IMG/VR virus record: IMGVR_UViG_3300029310_000003
DNA: 64,000 bases
Reading direction: 5' to 3' (one strand)
From: a virus
The notes beneath the pieces are model-generated. The model saw nothing but the letters and a program-made list of their open reading frames with translations, searched no databases and was not told the DNA's origin. How positions within the stretch are numbered: the stretch's first letter is position 1; each line of letters opens with the position of its first letter. Positions 1 to 7,751 of this stretch are shown piece after piece. The position numbers and the translations under genes were made by a program.

Positions 1-395
1 TTCGAGTTCTGAGGCGCTGCCTGGGGTCGTTTCCCTTGTCCGTTGCTATGGCAACAAAACGGGTCAGACAAGCCGGAACCGCTGAACACGGCGGAGCCGT
101 GAACACTTTCCCCGCCCTGGCCTTGTGTTCCTGTATGCGCTGGCAATGGCTGGCGTGAGAGTGGCCGGAAGTTTGCCGGGCTGAGATGTGCCGCGCTTGC
201 ATAGGTGGGAGTAAATGAAACGGGAGTAAACTATACTTTAACCGTGGGCGTGTAAAACGTGTGCGCACATACGCGCACGGGCGCATACACGCGCGACGCG
301 CGCGCACGCACGCAATATTAATTGTATGTAGATACAGTTAAGCCGCCTCGACGTTTAGCCGGGGCGGCGTGGTGGATGTATGGCGGGGCGTTGCT

Positions 396-1112
396 TTAGG
401 CTTGGGCGCGGTAGCGGCTGCGGATGGAGTTGATGCGGCGTTGAACTGCTGATTTGCTCATGCCGAGCGCAGAGGCAATAGCGCGGACGGTGAGACCGAC
501 TGCAAGCGCCTGTATGATCTGTCGATCGGTGTTGTCGGCGGCTGTTGCCTCGATGGCGGCGCGGATGATGGCGGCATCTTCTGGGCTGCTGGCGGGGGCG
601 GCTGTGACGCTTGGGAGTGCGTCTAGTGCGGTTTGATCGGCTGTGTCTCCGTCCGCGTCGCTGGCTATGATTCGGCAGCAGTTGGAGGTGTGGCGATACT
701 CTGCGCGGGCTATGGTGTGTACGGCCTGCGTGCAGGCGGCGAAGAGAATGAATGCGAGCATGTGCGGTTCTTCGGCCTGCTCGTTGCGGGCCAGGGCCGG
801 AGCTACGCGGGGCCAGGCTTCGGCGGCGACGGTCTGCGCGTCGTCGGCTGTGCGCATCCATGCCGTGTCAGCGCTGCGGCCTGTAGCTTCGGCGCGGCCT
901 TTGACGGTCCACGCCATTCTCTGCAATGCGGTATACTGTTCCTCACCGCTCATATTCTCCCACTCACGGCGGACGCTCTGCGCGGCTCTGGCGGCCTCGT
1001 GGGCGGCTTTCAGGCATAATGCGAACTGGGCGCGGCTGCGCGTCTCTGGGAACTCTGCGACGGTGGCGCGGTAGAGGCTCCACGCCTTGCGCATGATCTG
1101 GCTTTTGTTCAT
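396..1112 (-). CDS. sigma-70 family (ECF-like) sigma factor-like protein with N-terminal extension
   Basis: 238-aa ORF. The C-terminal 'LTVRAIASALGMSKSAVQRRINSIRSRY' looks like a sigma region-4/LuxR-type HTH. 'AEAWPRV...HMLAFILFAACTQAVHTIARAEYRH' resembles region 2. The first ~90 aa are unassigned. Confidence 0.55.
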   Translation of the reverse strand: MNKSQIMRKAWSLYRATVAEFPETRSRAQFALCLKAAHEAARAAQSVRREWENMSGEEQYTALQRMAWTVKGRAEATGRSADTAWMRTADDAQTVAAEAWPRVAPALARNEQAEEPHMLAFILFAACTQAVHTIARAEYRHTSNCCRIIASDADGDTADQTALDALPSVTAAPASSPEDAAIIRAAIEATAADNTDRQIIQALAVGLTVRAIASALGMSKSAVQRRINSIRSRYRAQA

Positions 1113-1208
1113 GGTGACGGTCTCCTTTTTCGTTTCATTTGATGGGGGCGGGGCCGCTTTGGTGCCCGGTGCGGCTCTGCTAGGGTGTCCGGGGTGGGGG
1201 CTGTGCCC

Positions 1209-1385
1209 TCAGAAGCTCGGCTGTAGCTTGATCTCCCAACGGCCACAAATGTCGCCTGCGGCGTTTTTCTCGGCCTTTTTCAGGGCCTTTTCGATTGCTG
1301 CCGCTTTGTTGGGTGCGCTCACGGTAAATGCTTGGTGCTTGCCGCCATTATCCACGCAGCGGAATGCGAACTTGTAGCTGCTCAT
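1209..1385 (-). CDS. hypothetical small protein (58 aa)
   Basis: Internal ATG (MSSYKF...) of track ORF 1209..1574. It overlaps the upstream gene's stop by 4 nt (ATGA). Confidence 0.45.
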   Translation of the reverse strand: MSSYKFAFRCVDNGGKHQAFTVSAPNKAAAIEKALKKAEKNAAGDICGRWEIKLQPSF

Positions 1386-1612
1386 GCTCTCACCTCCCCG
1401 ACGGTGAATTCTCCGGCCCATGCCTGCAAGATGCTGCCGTGCTCCATGACGGCGGTGATCCAGCCGCTGACGTTCGCGGCCTTGCGGCAGCGGATGATCT
1501 GCCCGCGTCCGGCGTTGTAGTCGATTCGCAGGCCCTCGGCGGATGCGGCGCGGATCTCTTCGGGCGTGTGCCACTGCGGGCGGTCCGTGGGACTAATGTT
1601 GATCTTCTGCAT
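1382..1612 (-). CDS. hypothetical protein (76 aa)
   Basis: ORF track entry. Tightly packed and co-oriented with its neighbours. Confidence 0.5.
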   Translation of the reverse strand: MQKINISPTDRPQWHTPEEIRAASAEGLRIDYNAGRGQIIRCRKAANVSGWITAVMEHGSILQAWAGEFTVGEVRA

Positions 1613-1668
1613 GGTGTATGCTCCTTTCAGGTTGTCCCGGCGGCGTGTGCCGCCGGGGTGGTTAGTAT

Positions 1669-2427
1669 TCAGATGATGTACAGTGTGCCGTTGATCTCGG
1701 CGCTGATTGCTTCCTGCTGCATCTCGTCTTTGATCTGCTGGGCCAGTGTCAGAACGTCCGGCAGGCGTTCGCGGAGCTGGTCGGCGGTGCAGGCGGCGTA
1801 TACGATGGTCACGGCCTCACGGATCAGCCTGGCGGACTCGCTGAGCCAATAGCCAGCGCTTTGCTGGGCGGTTGCGCCGCCGAACCAACCGCAAAACTCG
1901 CGCGCGACGCGTTCGACCTGCGCGGCGTTGTCGGTGGCGTGGTTGATGTCCTGCGTGCCGGGTACGTAGAGCGCGACGCGCTGCGGGAGAGTCACGGCTC
2001 CGGCCTGCTGCATGATCTCGGTGGTGTCCTGCACTTCCTGCGCGGGTGCTTCCTGCTCCTGCGGCGCGGGCGGCGCGTACTTGCTCATAGCCTGCGCAAG
2101 CTGGTTGATGTGCGCGGGGTGGATTTCTGCGGGTTGGTAGATGCTCTTTGCTTCCAGCTCGTCACGGGTCGCGGCGGTCTCGATGGTGGCGGCCCACTCG
2201 CGGGAGCTGGGCCAGATTCTGCCGTCCCACTCGCCGACGGTGTTCACGATTTCAGCGATTGCTTCGCGGGCGGTATCGTATCCGATCTGCTCCACGATAG
2301 CGGCGACGGTCTCGGCGGGGGTCCGGTCGCTGGTTTCGCAGTAGATGTTTACCACGGTTTTGATGTTCGCGCGGGTGGTCTTGATCTGCTCGCGGCGGGC
2401 GGTGATCTCGGTTGCATTCATTTTCAT
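1669..2427 (-). CDS. hypothetical protein (252 aa)
   Basis: ORF track entry with non-biased composition. First gene of the minus-strand unit that diverges from the repeat-rich 2.43-2.73 kb spacer. Confidence 0.6.
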   Translation of the reverse strand: MKMNATEITARREQIKTTRANIKTVVNIYCETSDRTPAETVAAIVEQIGYDTAREAIAEIVNTVGEWDGRIWPSSREWAATIETAATRDELEAKSIYQPAEIHPAHINQLAQAMSKYAPPAPQEQEAPAQEVQDTTEIMQQAGAVTLPQRVALYVPGTQDINHATDNAAQVERVAREFCGWFGGATAQQSAGYWLSESARLIREAVTIVYAACTADQLRERLPDVLTLAQQIKDEMQQEAISAEINGTLYII

Positions 2428-2488
2428 ATTGGTTTCTCCTTTCCCTTGCGGGGCGTTCGTTGTTTCATTTGATGGCTTTATTATATAT

Positions 2489-2657
2489 ATGATTAATCAT
2501 ATTGTCAAAACAGCGTTTTAGTTATGATTAATCGTATTTTACTATATGATTAACCGCATTGTATCCTTGAATAGTTCGGGATTTCCATCTTTTCGTGGAT
2601 TTTTCGTGTTAATCATACATTTTGCGAAAAGTTCACCAAATGTTAATCGCATATTTT
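2489..2657. repeat. five direct copies of a ~16-nt motif RTG(A)TTAAYCRYATWTT (iteron/operator-like)
   Basis: Copies at 2489-2504, 2524-2540, 2546-2561, 2606-2623 and 2640-2657, in an AT-rich divergent intergenic region. Confidence 0.6.
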
Positions 2658-2672
2658 GTTCAATTCGACAGT

Positions 2673-2700
2673 GGTACATAAAGTCAAAACCCGGTAGAAT
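2673..2700 (+). promoter_or_regulatory. cassette promoter-like motif, variant copy (GGTACA-N16-TAGAAT)
   Basis: GGTACA 2673-2678, 16-nt spacer ending CCCGG, TAGAAT 2695-2700. The motif ends 35 nt before ATG 2736. Confidence 0.5.
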
Positions 2701-2735
2701 AAAAAATAAAATCACCCAGATCGGGGGCATACAAT

Positions 2736-3035
2736 ATGAGCATCAAAAACCCAAACAGTGCGAAGACGGACGCGGAGCGTCGCGCACAAAATAAGTGGGA
2801 GCAGGCAAACCGCGTGACGCTGGGCGTGCGCCTGAGCAAGGCAGACGGCGAAGCGTTCCGGGCGTGGTGCGCGGCGCGTGGTCAGACGGTCAACGCGGCG
2901 CTTTCGTCCTACGTCGCGGACTGTCTGCGGGGGTCCGCTTTCCCGGATCAGGCCGCGCCGGAAAATTCCCCAGCTTCGCAAAAAACCGGAGCCGCCGAAG
3001 CTCCGAAAATTCCGGCCGAAGATTCCGGGGACTGA
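2736..3035 (+). CDS. ribbon-helix-helix (CopG/Arc-like) DNA-binding protein
   Basis: 'VTLGVRLSKADGEAFRAWCAARGQTVNAALSSYVADCL' fits a beta-strand/helix/helix RHH pattern. The C-terminal tail is low complexity. Confidence 0.55.
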   Translation: MSIKNPNSAKTDAERRAQNKWEQANRVTLGVRLSKADGEAFRAWCAARGQTVNAALSSYVADCLRGSAFPDQAAPENSPASQKTGAAEAPKIPAEDSGD

Positions 3036-3107
3036 ACAGCCGCTTTCCAAAAACTCCGGGGCCTGACGGCCTGAACAGCGCTGCCGGAAAATCCGGGGAA
3101 AATACAG

Positions 3108-3142
3108 AACAGCGTCCGAGAAAAACTCGGGCGCTGTTTTTT
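3108..3142 (+). terminator. rho-independent terminator
   Basis: aacagcgtccgag/ctcgggcgctgtt stem followed by a T6 run. Confidence 0.65.
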
Positions 3143-3152
3143 GCGCTTGAGC

Positions 3153-3180
3153 GGGACAAAAGCAGAAAACGGAGCAGAGT
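3153..3180 (+). promoter_or_regulatory. cassette promoter-like motif (GGGACA-N16-CAGAGT)
   Basis: GGGACA 3153-3158, 16-nt spacer, CAGAGT 3175-3180. The motif ends 42 nt before ATG 3223. Confidence 0.5.
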
Positions 3181-3222
3181 ATAAATCAGAAACAAAATCA
3201 CACCGAACGGAGGAACTTCAAA

Positions 3223-3714
3223 ATGACGAATAAAGAGCTTGGCAGCGCGATCCGCGCGACACTGAAAACGGCAGGCTATGCACCGCGTGATATATCGGTC
3301 CGTGTCCGGGACTGCGGCTACAGCACGAGCGCGAGCGTGACGATCAAGAACCCGGAAATCCGCCGGGAAAGCGTGGAGCGCCTGCTTTCCAAATTTGAGA
3401 GCATCGACCGCGACTATGCGACGGGCGAAATTCTGGCAGGCGGCAACTGCTACTTATTCGTAGACTACGCGGACGGAATTTTCGACGTACCGGCGCAGGA
3501 GATGGCAACGACGGCAGCGGGCATTCTCCGGGAAAAACGGGAATGCATCCGCATTTTCGACGGTCTTTACCTCTGCAACATCCACGGGCGCACGGAGCTT
3601 CGCCAGCAGAACGGCAGCGGAAGCTTTTCACGTCAGATCGGCGGCTTTTCGCTTCTGAATGAGCTGTGCATTGCCATGTATAAGTATGCAAAATTCGGGA
3701 CCATAGCGCCCTGA
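3223..3714 (+). CDS. hypothetical protein (163 aa)
   Basis: GGAGG RBS 8 nt upstream. The cassette has its own promoter-like motif and its own terminator. Confidence 0.65.
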   Translation: MTNKELGSAIRATLKTAGYAPRDISVRVRDCGYSTSASVTIKNPEIRRESVERLLSKFESIDRDYATGEILAGGNCYLFVDYADGIFDVPAQEMATTAAGILREKRECIRIFDGLYLCNIHGRTELRQQNGSGSFSRQIGGFSLLNELCIAMYKYAKFGTIAP

Positions 3715-3789
3715 CGGTGCGGCATGCGAACCAAAAAAACCAGAAAAACCAAGGAAAACGCAGAATCCGGCAAAACCAGAAAAAGCAGA

Positions 3790-3817
3790 AAGCCGTCCCA
3801 TTCGGGGCGGCTTTTTT
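3790..3817 (+). terminator. rho-independent terminator
   Basis: aagccgtccc/ggggcggctt stem plus T6. Confidence 0.65.
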
Positions 3818-3905
3818 GCGTCCGGATGTACAAAAAACCACTTACACGGCCTGCTATGCTGGGATCATGGGGCCCCGCAAAAAATGAAAAAAGTCCGAAA
3901 TCGGC

Positions 3906-3933
3906 GGGACAAATCCGGATTTCCGTGCAGAAC
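3906..3933 (+). promoter_or_regulatory. cassette promoter-like motif (GGGACA-N16-CAGAAC)
   Basis: GGGACA 3906-3911, CAGAAC 3928-3933. The leader 'cagaacaaaaactgtaaa' is nearly identical to the copy at 12387. Confidence 0.55.
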
Positions 3934-3972
3934 AAAAACTGTAAAGAAATCACCCAAAAAGGAGACAAAACC

Positions 3973-4074
3973 ATGAAGCCTGAAACTTTCAAAACGATCA
4001 TTCGCGGATTTCTGCTGACCGTTCTTTTCATCGTGATCTTCAGCGCGGACGCGCTGATCGAGTACATTTTCTGA
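3973..4074 (+). CDS. small single-pass membrane peptide (33 aa)
   Basis: AAGGAG RBS. 'FLLTVLFIVIFSADALI' is a hydrophobic span. Below the 60-aa cut-off of the ORF track. Confidence 0.45.
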   Translation: MKPETFKTIIRGFLLTVLFIVIFSADALIEYIF

Positions 4075-4148
4075 GGGAGGAAAAAATCATGACCGTCTAT
4101 TCCTGGGAAATTTCCGAGCAGGAGATCGAATAAAAATCTGAAATTTCC

Positions 4149-4176
4149 GGGACAAATCCGAAAAACCCGGCAGAAC
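4149..4176 (+). promoter_or_regulatory. cassette promoter-like motif (GGGACA-N16-CAGAAC)
   Basis: GGGACA 4149-4154, CAGAAC 4171-4176. The motif ends 33 nt before ATG 4210. Confidence 0.55.
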
Positions 4177-4209
4177 AGTCCATAGAACAGAAACAGGAGG
4201 AACCCCCCA

Positions 4210-4854
4210 ATGAAAAATTTCGAGACCATCGCCAAAACCATTGAAAACCAGCTGAATTCCGGAAATTCCCGTATGACCATCTGTACGCAGAACGAATTCG
4301 GCGGCGTGTATTTTCTGCACGTCACCATGACGGGCGCAAAGATCGAGCCGTATGCGCAGTACAAGGAAAGTCTCCTGCTTCTGTTCAAGAAGCGCGGAGG
4401 CCGCACGGTGTACGGGATGCGCATCTACGGCGAGAAGCCCATCGCGATTTTCAGCGGCTGGCCGGAAACGACCTACGAGCAGCCGAAAAGCTTCTGGTGC
4501 TTTGATAAAAATCTGTTTTACGGCCTTGTGGACGGATTCCCGCAGGAGCTGAAGCTTGCGGAGGAATCGGAGCGCGTCCACCTCGCAGAAATTCAGGCGA
4601 AGGGCAAGGTCTACCGCGTCATCACGATGAACGAAGCCCGGCGCATGACCATCGCAGAATTCCAAACCGCCGACGAATTGAAAGCCGCCTTTGAATCCAC
4701 GGGAGAATTCCACAGCGTATCCTGCCGGGCCGAGCTGCAAGGCGCACCGAAGCTAAAGAATTTCTGCGGGCCGATGTACGACGGAACGGACGAAGCCGGA
4801 AATTCGGTCATCCGCTACGAATCGCGCGAGGTGTACGAAATTCTGAGCGCATAA
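4210..4854 (+). CDS. hypothetical protein (214 aa)
   Basis: AGGAGG RBS; ORF track entry. Confidence 0.65.
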   Translation: MKNFETIAKTIENQLNSGNSRMTICTQNEFGGVYFLHVTMTGAKIEPYAQYKESLLLLFKKRGGRTVYGMRIYGEKPIAIFSGWPETTYEQPKSFWCFDKNLFYGLVDGFPQELKLAEESERVHLAEIQAKGKVYRVITMNEARRMTIAEFQTADELKAAFESTGEFHSVSCRAELQGAPKLKNFCGPMYDGTDEAGNSVIRYESREVYEILSA

Positions 4855-4878
4855 AATTGAAAGAATTCACGGGAAAGC

Positions 4879-4906
4879 GGGACAAACCCCGCTTTTTCTG
4901 TAGAAC
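4879..4906 (+). promoter_or_regulatory. cassette promoter-like motif (GGGACA-N16-TAGAAC)
   Basis: GGGACA 4879-4884, TAGAAC 4901-4906. The motif ends 35 nt before ATG 4942. Confidence 0.55.
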
Positions 4907-4941
4907 AGAAACCAGAAAAACCAAACAAGGAGGCATTTCAA

Positions 4942-6141
4942 ATGTATTACATCATCAACCGCGAGACGGAAAAGCTCGAGCTTCACTTTTCCAAAGAGGA
5001 ATATCAGGCGCTTCCGGAAGCGGACAAGGCAAAAATCAAAAGCAACTTTCTGTTTTCCAAGCGAGGCGGCTGCTGGGTGAGCCGTGCGAAGCGTCCGAAT
5101 CTCTACTACGCCGAAAAAACGGCGAAGGAGCTGGGCGCGGAGGATCGCGGAAAGACCGGGGAGCTTCTGACCTTCGAGGAAAAAATGGCGCGACAGGCGG
5201 AGCGGGCCGCAGAGCGGGCCGACCGCATGGAGGCGCGTTCGGAGAACGCCAGAGAACGGGCGCAGGCGCTGCAAGCGCCCATCAACGCCATGCACGGAGA
5301 CATCGCGTTTTTCACGCAGCCGAACATCAACACGTCATCTGGCCGTGCCTTTACGCGGCAGCGGGAAAGAATGTTTGCAGCCTTCGACCGTGGCTTTGAG
5401 GAATTCAAAAAATCCGAGTACTACGCAGAGCGCGCAGAAATCGCCCGCAGAACAGCGGACCAGAAAAACGCCGGGGATAAAGCCTTCTGTGACCGCCGCG
5501 TAAAGGACGCAGAAAAGGCCATCAAAAAGCTTCGGGAAAATCTGGACCATTACCATGTCATGCTGGAATGCGACGCGATGGGAGAAGCCCAGACGCGCTG
5601 GGACGGTACAAAAATCGAGCGTTCGGAGATCGAGAACTGGATCGACGATACGGAGGACCGTCTGGAATCGGAAATTTCGAAGCTCTGTTATTATCAGTCG
5701 TGCATTGACGCATTGGGCGGCGTGCAGTTCAGCAAAGAGAACATCAAGCCGGGCTATGTCGTGAAGATCAAGCATTACAACGACTGCACCGTCCTGCGGA
5801 CAGGCCCGAAGAACTTCACCTATCGCACGCCGAGCGGCTTTGACCTGACAGCAGCCTACGCCGAAATTCTGGAGATCGTCAAGGCGGAGGAAGCGAAAAA
5901 ACCGGTACAGCCCTTCAAGCCCGGAGAAATTTTCACCGTTCGCAGACTTCCGGCAGGCGCATGGACTCCGGAGCAGTGGGAGATCGTCAAGGCGACCGCA
6001 ACGACCGTCACGCTGAAAAACCAGGCGACCGGTGAGATCATCCGCAGAACGCCGAAGATCCGCTCGACGTGTGGGGGCGACAAGTGGGTCCTTTCGCTCG
6101 ATGATTACAGTGAAACCGTTTACCGCAATATTGGAGAATAA
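4942..6141 (+). CDS. hypothetical protein with Arg/Glu-rich coiled-coil core (possibly DUF3560-like)
   Basis: AAGGAGG RBS. 'ARQAERAAERADRMEARSENARERAQAL...HGDIAFFTQP' resembles DUF3560 proteins of mobile elements. That assignment is from memory and has not been searched. Confidence 0.6.
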   Translation: MYYIINRETEKLELHFSKEEYQALPEADKAKIKSNFLFSKRGGCWVSRAKRPNLYYAEKTAKELGAEDRGKTGELLTFEEKMARQAERAAERADRMEARSENARERAQALQAPINAMHGDIAFFTQPNINTSSGRAFTRQRERMFAAFDRGFEEFKKSEYYAERAEIARRTADQKNAGDKAFCDRRVKDAEKAIKKLRENLDHYHVMLECDAMGEAQTRWDGTKIERSEIENWIDDTEDRLESEISKLCYYQSCIDALGGVQFSKENIKPGYVVKIKHYNDCTVLRTGPKNFTYRTPSGFDLTAAYAEILEIVKAEEAKKPVQPFKPGEIFTVRRLPAGAWTPEQWEIVKATATTVTLKNQATGEIIRRTPKIRSTCGGDKWVLSLDDYSETVYRNIGE

Positions 6142-6159
6142 AAAATACCTGCCGGGAAC

Positions 6160-6187
6160 GGGACAAAGCTCCCCTTCCCGGCAGAAT
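6160..6187 (+). promoter_or_regulatory. cassette promoter-like motif (GGGACA-N16-CAGAAT)
   Basis: GGGACA 6160-6165, CAGAAT 6182-6187; upstream of ATG 6239. Confidence 0.5.
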
Positions 6188-6238
6188 CCGAGCTGTGTGA
6201 AAAACCAAGAAAACCAAAACCATCGGGAGGTCATTTCC

Positions 6239-6430
6239 ATGAAAGTAAATGCCAACATCGGCGGAAAAATCTATCCGCGCAAGATTCACAAAACGACCGT
6301 CGAATATTCGGACGGGACGCGGCAGCGTTTCAATTGCATTTCGGTTTCGAGCCGGGAATACGTCGTGCAGACCTGCAACGGGATTCCGGTCAGCGTCTAT
6401 CCGCTGATCTCATTTCTTCTGCTTCCGTAA
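6239..6430 (+). CDS. hypothetical small protein (63 aa)
   Basis: Internal ATG of track ORF 6032..6430, preceded by a GGGAGG RBS. Confidence 0.45.
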   Translation: MKVNANIGGKIYPRKIHKTTVEYSDGTRQRFNCISVSSREYVVQTCNGIPVSVYPLISFLLLP

Positions 6431-6610
6431 AAAATTTCCACGGCATCTGGAAAACCGGAAAAGGCTGTGCTATGATGGAAAAACAGGGGCGGCAGGATTC
6501 CAACAATCGGAGCCGCCCGAATCACAGAACAGAACATTTTCGTGACCTCACGAAAATGCTGCAAAACCAAGAAAAATAATGAATTCCAAGAAAGGGTGGG
6601 AGGACAGAAC

Positions 6611-7360
6611 GTGGCGGAACTGACTTTGATCTTTTGTGTAGTTGTCGTTGTGATTATTTTCGCAATATGTTCCGGAGCCGATCAGGCGAAGGAAAAACTG
6701 GCCATCATGGAAGCAAGCAATCAGAAAATCGAAGCAAGCAAGAAGGAGCTTGTATCGGCAGGTTTTCAGATTGAAAAAGAGGCCAAGGAACCAAGCGGAA
6801 ATTTCTATCTCGCCATCGACCCGAAAAACAAGCGCTGGGTGCTGGTCATACCGAATCTGCCGCATCCATACGTCTATAAGTTCAAAGAATTGATCTCCTA
6901 TGAGCTGGTAGACGACGGAGAAACGACGTATTCGAGCAATACGGGAAAAGCACTCGTCGGCGGACTTCTCTTCGGAGCCGCAGGCGCGGTCGTTGGAGCA
7001 GCCGGCAAGAAAAAAGTAAAAACGACCTGCAAGGATATGCATATCGACTTGAATATAAACGTCATAAAAAGCCCCATGCAGGTCTTGCAGATCAACGACG
7101 CGGAAATCTCGCGGGATTCCGAGCTGTATAAGCAGAACCTGGCATTCGCAAAAAACGTCATGGCCATGCTTGCATACATCAAAGAAAACGCGGAGCTTTC
7201 GGAGCCGGAGAAACCCCATCCGGAGCAAAAGCAGCTCGAAAGCCAGCAGAGAACGGGCGATATCTACGCAGAGATTGAAAAGCTCCACACTCTGAAGGAA
7301 AAGGGCATCATCACCGAAGAGGAGTTCCAGAAAAAGAAGCGTTCCCTTCTCGGCATATAA
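6611..7360 (+). CDS. membrane protein with C-terminal SHOCT domain
   Basis: GTG start after a GGGTGGGAGGA RBS. N-terminal TM 'LTLIFCVVVVVIIFAI'. The C-terminal 'IEKLHTLKEKGIITEEEFQKKKRSLL' matches the SHOCT pattern. Confidence 0.7.
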   Translation: MAELTLIFCVVVVVIIFAICSGADQAKEKLAIMEASNQKIEASKKELVSAGFQIEKEAKEPSGNFYLAIDPKNKRWVLVIPNLPHPYVYKFKELISYELVDDGETTYSSNTGKALVGGLLFGAAGAVVGAAGKKKVKTTCKDMHIDLNINVIKSPMQVLQINDAEISRDSELYKQNLAFAKNVMAMLAYIKENAELSEPEKPHPEQKQLESQQRTGDIYAEIEKLHTLKEKGIITEEEFQKKKRSLLGI

Positions 7361-7363
7361 CAA

Positions 7364-7387
7364 AAGCCGCCCAACCGGGCGGCTTTC
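7364..7387 (+). terminator. hairpin aagccgccc-aacc-gggcggctt (copy 1 of a perfect 24-nt direct repeat)
   Basis: Lies directly after the stop of the SHOCT gene. The identical 24-mer recurs at 7728-7751. Confidence 0.5.
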
Positions 7388-7389
7388 CG

Positions 7390-7418
7390 TTGACAAGGCG
7401 AAATTTCGACGATAAAAT
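7390..7418 (+). promoter_or_regulatory. sigma-A-type promoter of toxin mRNA 1
   Basis: TTGACA 7390-7395, 17-nt spacer, TAAAAT 7413-7418. Confidence 0.55.
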
Positions 7419-7495
7419 AAAAAAGCCCCATTGGGGCGGGGCGCTGCCAAGGAGGCGGCAGGCGGTCGGCACTTCCTGAAAAGGAGGTGTTGCTT

Positions 7496-7582
7496 ATGGT
7501 GACATATTCCGATCTGATTCAGATTGGTATTTTGATCGTAGGCATTTGCTCTCTGGTTTTCCAGATAAGCAAAAAGAAATGA
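7496..7582 (+). CDS. 28-aa holin-like toxin peptide (type I toxin-like), copy 1
   Basis: MVTYSDLIQIGILIVGICSLVFQISKKK: one TM span plus a KKK tail, typical of the 'putative holin-like toxin' peptides of Firmicutes. The AGGAGG RBS sits inside an 8-bp hairpin (cacttcct-GAAA-aggaggtg, 7470-7489). Confidence 0.7.
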   Translation: MVTYSDLIQIGILIVGICSLVFQISKKK

Positions 7583-7665
7583 CCGTCCCAAGTTAGCCGC
7601 TCGGACGGTCATTCTTTGTAAAATGATCTTTAACTACGGCTGACTGCCTGCGGCAGCGCCCTTGT
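7570..7665 (-). ncRNA. candidate antisense (antitoxin) sRNA of TA-like module 1
   Basis: Minus-strand TTGACT (7693-7698) followed by TAATATAAT (about 7668-7676). The transcript would run convergently into the shared terminator. Its 5' segment gggcgctgccgcaggcagtcagcc is conserved in copy 2. Confidence 0.4.
7578..7613. terminator. bidirectional terminator hairpin shared by toxin mRNA 1 and its antisense RNA
   Basis: 11-bp stem aatgaccgtcc/ggacggtcatt. A T-run follows on the minus strand; the plus-strand T-run is weaker. Confidence 0.6.
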
Positions 7666-7727
7666 TTATTATATTAACAGCTTGCACAAAAAAGTCAAGC
7701 GAAAAGAGGAAAACAATAAACACTGAG

Positions 7728-7751
7728 AAGCCGCCCAACCGGGCGGCTTTC
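7728..7751 (+). repeat. copy 2 of the perfect 24-nt direct repeat aagccgcccaaccgggcggctttc
   Basis: Identical to 7364-7387. The two copies bracket TA-like module 1 with a 364-bp period. Confidence 0.8.

Noticed and set aside
4089-4133. 14-codon micro-ORF (MTVYSWEISEQEIE) with a strong GGGAGGA RBS.
   Set aside because: It is too short to support as a gene from sequence alone. It might be a leader peptide and is left unannotated.
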